This document shows, one piece after another, positions 63,211-64,000 of a stretch of DNA of 64,000 bases. This DNA comes from Candidatus Hydrogenedentota bacterium. GTDB lineage: Bacteria > Hydrogenedentota > Hydrogenedentia > Hydrogenedentales > SLHB01. Every line of letters starts with the position of its first letter. Within the stretch, counting starts at the first letter, position 1. The DNA lies in the NCBI GenBank assembly GCA_963745075.1, contig CAVUWV010000008.1, positions 256,001 through 320,000 on the forward strand, given 5' to 3'. The position numbers and the translations under genes are program-made. Under the pieces are notes generated by a model, which ran no database searches, had not been told where the DNA came from, and saw only the letters and a list, made by a program, of their open reading frames with translations.

Positions 63211-64000
63211 GTGAACGCGATTGTTGTTGCCGCAATTCTTTCTCACAGTCTCGCTGCCACGCCAATGCTGATCCTCAACGAGGACAACAGCCACTTCTAT
63301 ATGTCGCGCACGGCCGACGACATGACGATGGACGGACTGAACGCCTTCGTCGATCAATACGCGGACACCAAGGTCACGCAGTTATTTCTGAACCCGAGCG
63401 CCATGCGCGCGAGTTACGGAAGCGACGTGTGGGATCGCATCTGGGACGTGGGCGATCAAGAGGTGCCGCAAGAACCTCCCGTTTTGCAGCGGTGGGTGGA
63501 TAATTCGCGTCTGCTCTACGAGCGCGGGCTCGATCCCTATGCCGTGTGGATTGCCCGTTGCCGGGAGAAAGGCATATCGCCCTGGCTCACCATGCGCATG
63601 AACGACGTCCACGACGTTAACAACCTGAAAAACTTCATGCACAATACGTTTTGGGTGAATCATCCCGAGTATTGGCGCGTGCCGGGCAGCACGGGGGCTT
63701 GGGTGGACCGTGCGTTCAACTACGCCATTCCCGAAGTGCGCGAACATCACATGACCCTCGTTCGCGAGTTGCTGGAGCGCTACGACCCCGACGGGCTCGA
63801 ATTGGATTGGATGCGATTCGGGTACCACTTCGCGCCGGGCGAAGAAGCGGAGGGTTGCGTCATCCTCACCGACTTCATGCGCGAGGTGCGTACGCTCACC
63901 CGCGAGTGGTCCACGAAACGCGGTCACCCGATCCAGGTCAGCGCCCGCGTGCCCACGCATCCTGACGCGGCCGTCGGTTTGGGCATGGACGGCATCACGT
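63211..64000 (+). CDS. Glycoside-hydrolase-like (GHL10-type TIM barrel) protein, runs off the window
   Basis: Not in the ORF track because it has no stop in the window. GGAGGA SD and GTG start; my translation gives LILNEDNSHF, PWLTMRMNDVH, FNYAIPEVR and YDPDGLELDWMRF. Confidence 0.8.
   Translation, partial: MNAIVVAAILSHSLAATPMLILNEDNSHFYMSRTADDMTMDGLNAFVDQYADTKVTQLFLNPSAMRASYGSDVWDRIWDVGDQEVPQEPPVLQRWVDNSRLLYERGLDPYAVWIARCREKGISPWLTMRMNDVHDVNNLKNFMHNTFWVNHPEYWRVPGSTGAWVDRAFNYAIPEVREHHMTLVRELLERYDPDGLELDWMRFGYHFAPGEEAEGCVILTDFMREVRTLTREWSTKRGHPIQVSARVPTHPDAAVGLGMDGIT

Overview
A GC-rich bacterial chromosomal window. Gene content (H-X9-DG protein, many secreted hydrolases, URO-D-like protein, ELWxxDGT repeats) suggests a Hydrogenedentota/Planctomycetota-like diderm, but this is inference only. 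Most of it is housekeeping and catabolic genes: queA, fadA/fadN, lepB, lpxH, metG, an RND transporter, a sulfatase, glycoside hydrolases, two sigma-54 activators and an ECF sigma/anti-sigma pair. Accessory items are mixed in: a MazF-type TA pair, a ParE-type TA pair, an RqlH/RqlI-like RecQ-PRTase + DprA pair, a PIN protein, an IS3 remnant, a MITE and a REPIN-like pair. At least seven genes are split by single-base indels, most simply explained as long-read consensus errors. The standout is 7848-9291, read on the minus strand in this order: a sigma-70-like promoter; one degenerate and nine near-identical 75-bp units, each a 5' fragment of tRNA-Asn with nt 25-34 replaced by a 17-nt hairpin; an intact tRNA-Asn(GTT); a terminator; a small GIY-YIG nuclease gene; a hairpin-disrupted full-length pseudo-tRNA-Asn; and a duplicate of the terminator. 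This looks like a tRNA-anchored nuclease plus repeat-RNA system. No database searches were possible, so novelty is unverified.
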